DNA from: Callorhinchus milii
Taxonomy: Eukaryota
DNA: 64,000 nucleotides
Direction of reading: 5' to 3'
NCBI RefSeq assembly: GCF_018977255.1
Contig: NW_024704743.1
Span: 106,084,001 to 106,148,000, forward strand
The notes below the pieces were generated by a model. It was not told the DNA's origin. It did not search any database and saw only the letters and a list, made by a program, of their open reading frames with translations. Of the stretch, positions 60,909-64,000 are shown piece after piece (positions within the stretch are counted from its first letter, which is position 1; every line of letters starts with the position of its first letter). The translations under genes and the position numbers were made by a program.

Positions 60909-61760
60909 TGTTCACTGTTACATGCATAATCCTGCTATTTTAACATCTAGTATCGTATACCTACATTATTGATAACAATTTCTCCATTGGGAATAGTTTT
61001 TAGCATATCACAATTGCTTGTGATGTGTTAGGTATCACTATCATGTCACACTTTTTGCGGAATTGGATTGCTGTTTTTTAATGTTGTGTGGAAATTCTAC
61101 CAGATTGTTTTAATGAGTAATGCCCTTAGCCCTCTGGTGGGTTTCTGTGAAACAGTTAAACAGGGATGGCCTTTTCAAAATCTTTTCACAAAGCAGTGCA
61201 TGAATAATACAAGGGGTCACGAAATTAAGAATTAAAATTAACTGAATGACGTTTAGCAATATAAAATCAAAGAAAAACAAACAACAGCAGATTCACAACT
61301 GTGCTAACAAGTTGGCAGCCACTCTATCAATAGGCACAGATGGTGATCCCAAGAAAACCTCTCAAAGCAACTCTCATCACACCAGGACCAGTAGTCCATA
61401 AAGCACCTAAAAAGAAACCAGATGTCAAGGCTTTGCATCAGTAATTTACACCTGCTCACATGGGAATGGTAATGTTAAGTTTAAGACTGAAATTGTTTGC
61501 TGAGCTTTTCAAGTCTTGAAACATTGAGTCCAAATTGAAGTGAAGAATTAGTTCACAGCCCCAACTATTGGAATAAGGCTTGGGTCCAAACAGCAACAAC
61601 ACAGATTTTACAGATCATAATAGAAAAATTAATATTAAATATAAAAATTAAGTCAGAGCTGCTCCAATCTCAAATAAGAAAATCCTATATAAATATATAA
61701 AATAAATCAATAGTGGCCTAAGAATCTGAAATTTATAAAGACACATCACTCCCTGAGAGG

Positions 61761-61854
61761 AAACTGAAGTCACTGGGAACATGCAGCAGGTCAGGCAGCA
61801 TCTATAGAGAAAGGCAAATGAGTTAACATTTCAGGTTGATGATCTTTGGTCAGA
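61761..61854 (-). mobile_element. Penelope-like terminal-repeat fragment flanked by a 13-bp direct repeat
   Basis: CAGCAGGTCAGGCAGCATCT...GAGTTAACATTTCAGGT, recalled as a common shark repeat; ACTCCCTGAGAGG at 61748-61760 and 61855-61867. Confidence 0.55.
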
Positions 61855-62245
61855 ACTCCCTGAGAGGGATGTGCTGTCCTCTAGTGGTTGTTCAGTGTTA
61901 AACATCAAACAATCACATTGCATATTAGCTGTGTGATATTCAGCAGAGCAATAATTATCACAATGAATGCTTATAAAGTCATATACTTCTTCCCAATGTT
62001 ACAAAAATGTTAAACCCACCTACATAGGTGCCTGATTAAGTATTTTAATAGTTTGTATAATCAGAAAACCACAAATGAATTGGAATTCTTATGATGTTTT
62101 CACTTCTGGAATAAGTGAACCGAATATTCCATTACTTTTCGTTGTGTATTTTTTTCCCAATGGGAATCTGCCGTCTTCATTCACTGTACCTTTGTAATGC
62201 AAATTGACACTTCATGGTCTAAATGTATTCTGACCTCTGATTTAG

Positions 62246-62400
62246 TTGTAGAGTACAAAGTTGACATATATACTGGGAATGTGAACCACGGGGCCATTCA
62301 AGGAACATTTTACATTATTGTACATGGAGAGAAAGGGGACACTGGAAAACGCTGGCTGAAACAATCTGCTCAGTCAGAGGTTATATTTGATCCAGGACAG
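62246..62400 (+). CDS. rp1: Exon 36: PLAT I start (VVEYKVDIYTGNVNHGAIQGTFYIIVHGEKGDTGKRWLKQSAQSEVIFDPGQ)
   Basis: gatttag|TT...CAG|gtatgt; phase 1 to 0. Confidence 0.93.
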
Positions 62401-62715
62401 GTATGTTTGCGTGAATGAGGTTCGGAATATTTGGATAATATTTGGATAACTTTCGTGACCATTCTGTGCTTCACACTGAAGCAAATCCAATCCACTTTGA
62501 TACTTGAAACTATCATTTCCTGCTGGTAATGTCTGATTTCAGTTGGAAGTCAAACATTACTGATTTTTCTTTCACTTTTGTTTTATAAATTCATAATAAC
62601 TACAGTTCAGAATAAGCCATTCAGTGAGCCAGTGCTATACTCCATATGGGTGCCCATCTTAGATCCAATCCTTAGTCCATTATTCCAGCCCTATCCCCAT
62701 GTCCCTCAATTCCAG

Positions 62716-62967
62716 ACAGGGCAAAACCTTGGGCAAGTTTCCTTACTCCACACTCCTAATAATAATCCCTCCAAAACCAAAAACAATAATAAATTGGTCA
62801 TTTTCAATCTACGACTGTTTGTGGGACATTGCTGTGCGCAATTGGCTGCCGCGTTCGCCCACAAATATACAGTCATTTCACTTTACAGTGTCTTCTGTGA
62901 AGCGCTTTGGGACGTCCTCCCGACGTGAAAAGCGCTATATCAAATGCAAGGATTATTATTATTATTT
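62716..62967 (+). mobile_element. tRNA-Ala SINE, head truncated
   Basis: CAGGGCAAAACCTTGGGCAAGTTTCC...GGATTATTATT; retains CpGs. Confidence 0.85.
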
Positions 62968-64000
62968 TATTTTCCCTCAGTCTTTTTTNAATGTAAATTT
63001 GGATTATTATAAATTCTCAAGTTCTCATTATTGTAAGAACAGTAAAAAGAAAAGACAATATGTATATTGGAAGACATAGAATACTTAAATCATTGAAGCA
63101 TTCAATTTAAATATTCATTTCAGTGTCAAATAAGCTTATGTCATGCTTCAGAACAAGTTACATTTTTAGTAAATAAATAGTAAGAAATTTAACAAAAATT
63201 CAGAGCCTTGTGTGGGACAGGATGTGGGCTCCAGAGTTCTGGATGATTGGCTCTTAACTGATTTCACCTCATCCGCTCTTATCTCCTGAGGAAATTCATG
63301 CATAGAATCTCCATCTTGCCAATACCCACAAAGGTCATTCGGTAAAACTCGAGAATAATCATGGATTCCTGACATCGCTATGAGAAATCAATTTGGTCTG
63401 AATCTATGTATTACTCTTGATAGAGTCTGAATACTCCTACTTATGGAATATACTATTCCTTACTTATATGGTATTTAAGTGAGCAGAAAGAGAATGGAGT
63501 CGATAGCTCCAGTGGAGGAGCAAGCAGCAAAACAGACTGGATGTTGCTGAATGCCCTCCATCCACTCTGTAAAGATTCTGTGATTCAATAATTTAGATCA
63601 TTCCTTACCAGGTATTTGTTTGCAGAAAGGTAGCTTAATTACTGTATGGGATGACCTTTGTGACATTTCCCAACCCTGCAAGATTTCACCTCATGTATGT
63701 TGCCAGGCTTGTATCTCAGTGCATGTTTGAAAAACGGGATAATGTTTGCGATACTCTAGCCCTGGGATATTCAGCATTTATAGACCTGCTAAAATATTCT
63801 CCAGAATTTCATCTACTTTGTCTTAAATTTGCTTCAGGAGATACAGAATTATGTAGGATTCTCTTTCTCTGTTGCCTTTTAGATGTTGAATTCTTTGATG
63901 ACTTGTGTAATACAGTGGGGCCTATTATAGCTTTGGGCCATAAAATCCCAACCAGCACTGTAATGAGGTACTATCGTTGGTCAACGCTACTGCACATTCT

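Larger units (their letters stand above)
54..62400 (+). other. rp1: Partial multi-exon gene: multi-PLAT (LH2) protein with double beta-trefoil insert; extended RP1 isoform region (LOXHD1-like). Both ends lie outside the window
   Basis: 36 exons with AG/GT boundaries and matching phases; repeated PLAT motifs (YxVxxxTG, YGERGDxG, FxxEAVxLG, GHD, WLxxxxDDG). The non-PLAT insert and flanks (QRWKFKAGNILQFY, LESVKYPG, YPQVINFG) match my recollection of long vertebrate RP1 isoforms, not canonical LOXHD1; not checked by search. Confidence 0.75.

Noticed and set aside
54..62400. Calling the gene canonical LOXHD1, PKD1-like or a lipoxygenase
   Set aside because: Trefoil-like insert and divergent PLATs fit the RP1 extension better; no transmembrane or catalytic domain seen; not tested by search
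1..64000. CRISPR arrays, operons or prokaryotic defence/RT systems
   Set aside because: Spliced vertebrate DNA; recurring motifs are SINE/LINE tails and all RT sequence is L2 or CR1

Overview
Vertebrate genomic DNA (about 40% GC by eye, CpG-poor). The repeat content points to a cartilaginous fish, possibly a chimaera (inference). The window is the internal part of one large + strand gene. I reconstructed 36 GT-AG coding exons between 54 and 62400 (4526 nt, about 1509 codons). They encode 8 complete and 2 partial PLAT/LH2 repeats, with a double beta-trefoil-like insert after the first complete PLAT. From memory this matches the extended PLAT-containing 3' part of RP1 (often labelled LOXHD1-like); start, stop and DCX exons lie outside the window. 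The exon chain stays in frame except for one missing base in an A7 run at 53017-53023 and one weakly supported linker exon at 45766-45808. Introns are filled with truncated L2 and CR1 LINEs, a tRNA-Ala-headed SINE, DeuSINE/SacSINE1-like SINEs, a MITE and a Penelope-like fragment, often nested. Most notable: the beta-trefoil insert, the alternating two-PLAT module, symmetric linker micro-exons, the frameshift, and a perfect 56-bp-arm palindrome in a 263-nt intron. Repeat boundaries are approximate.
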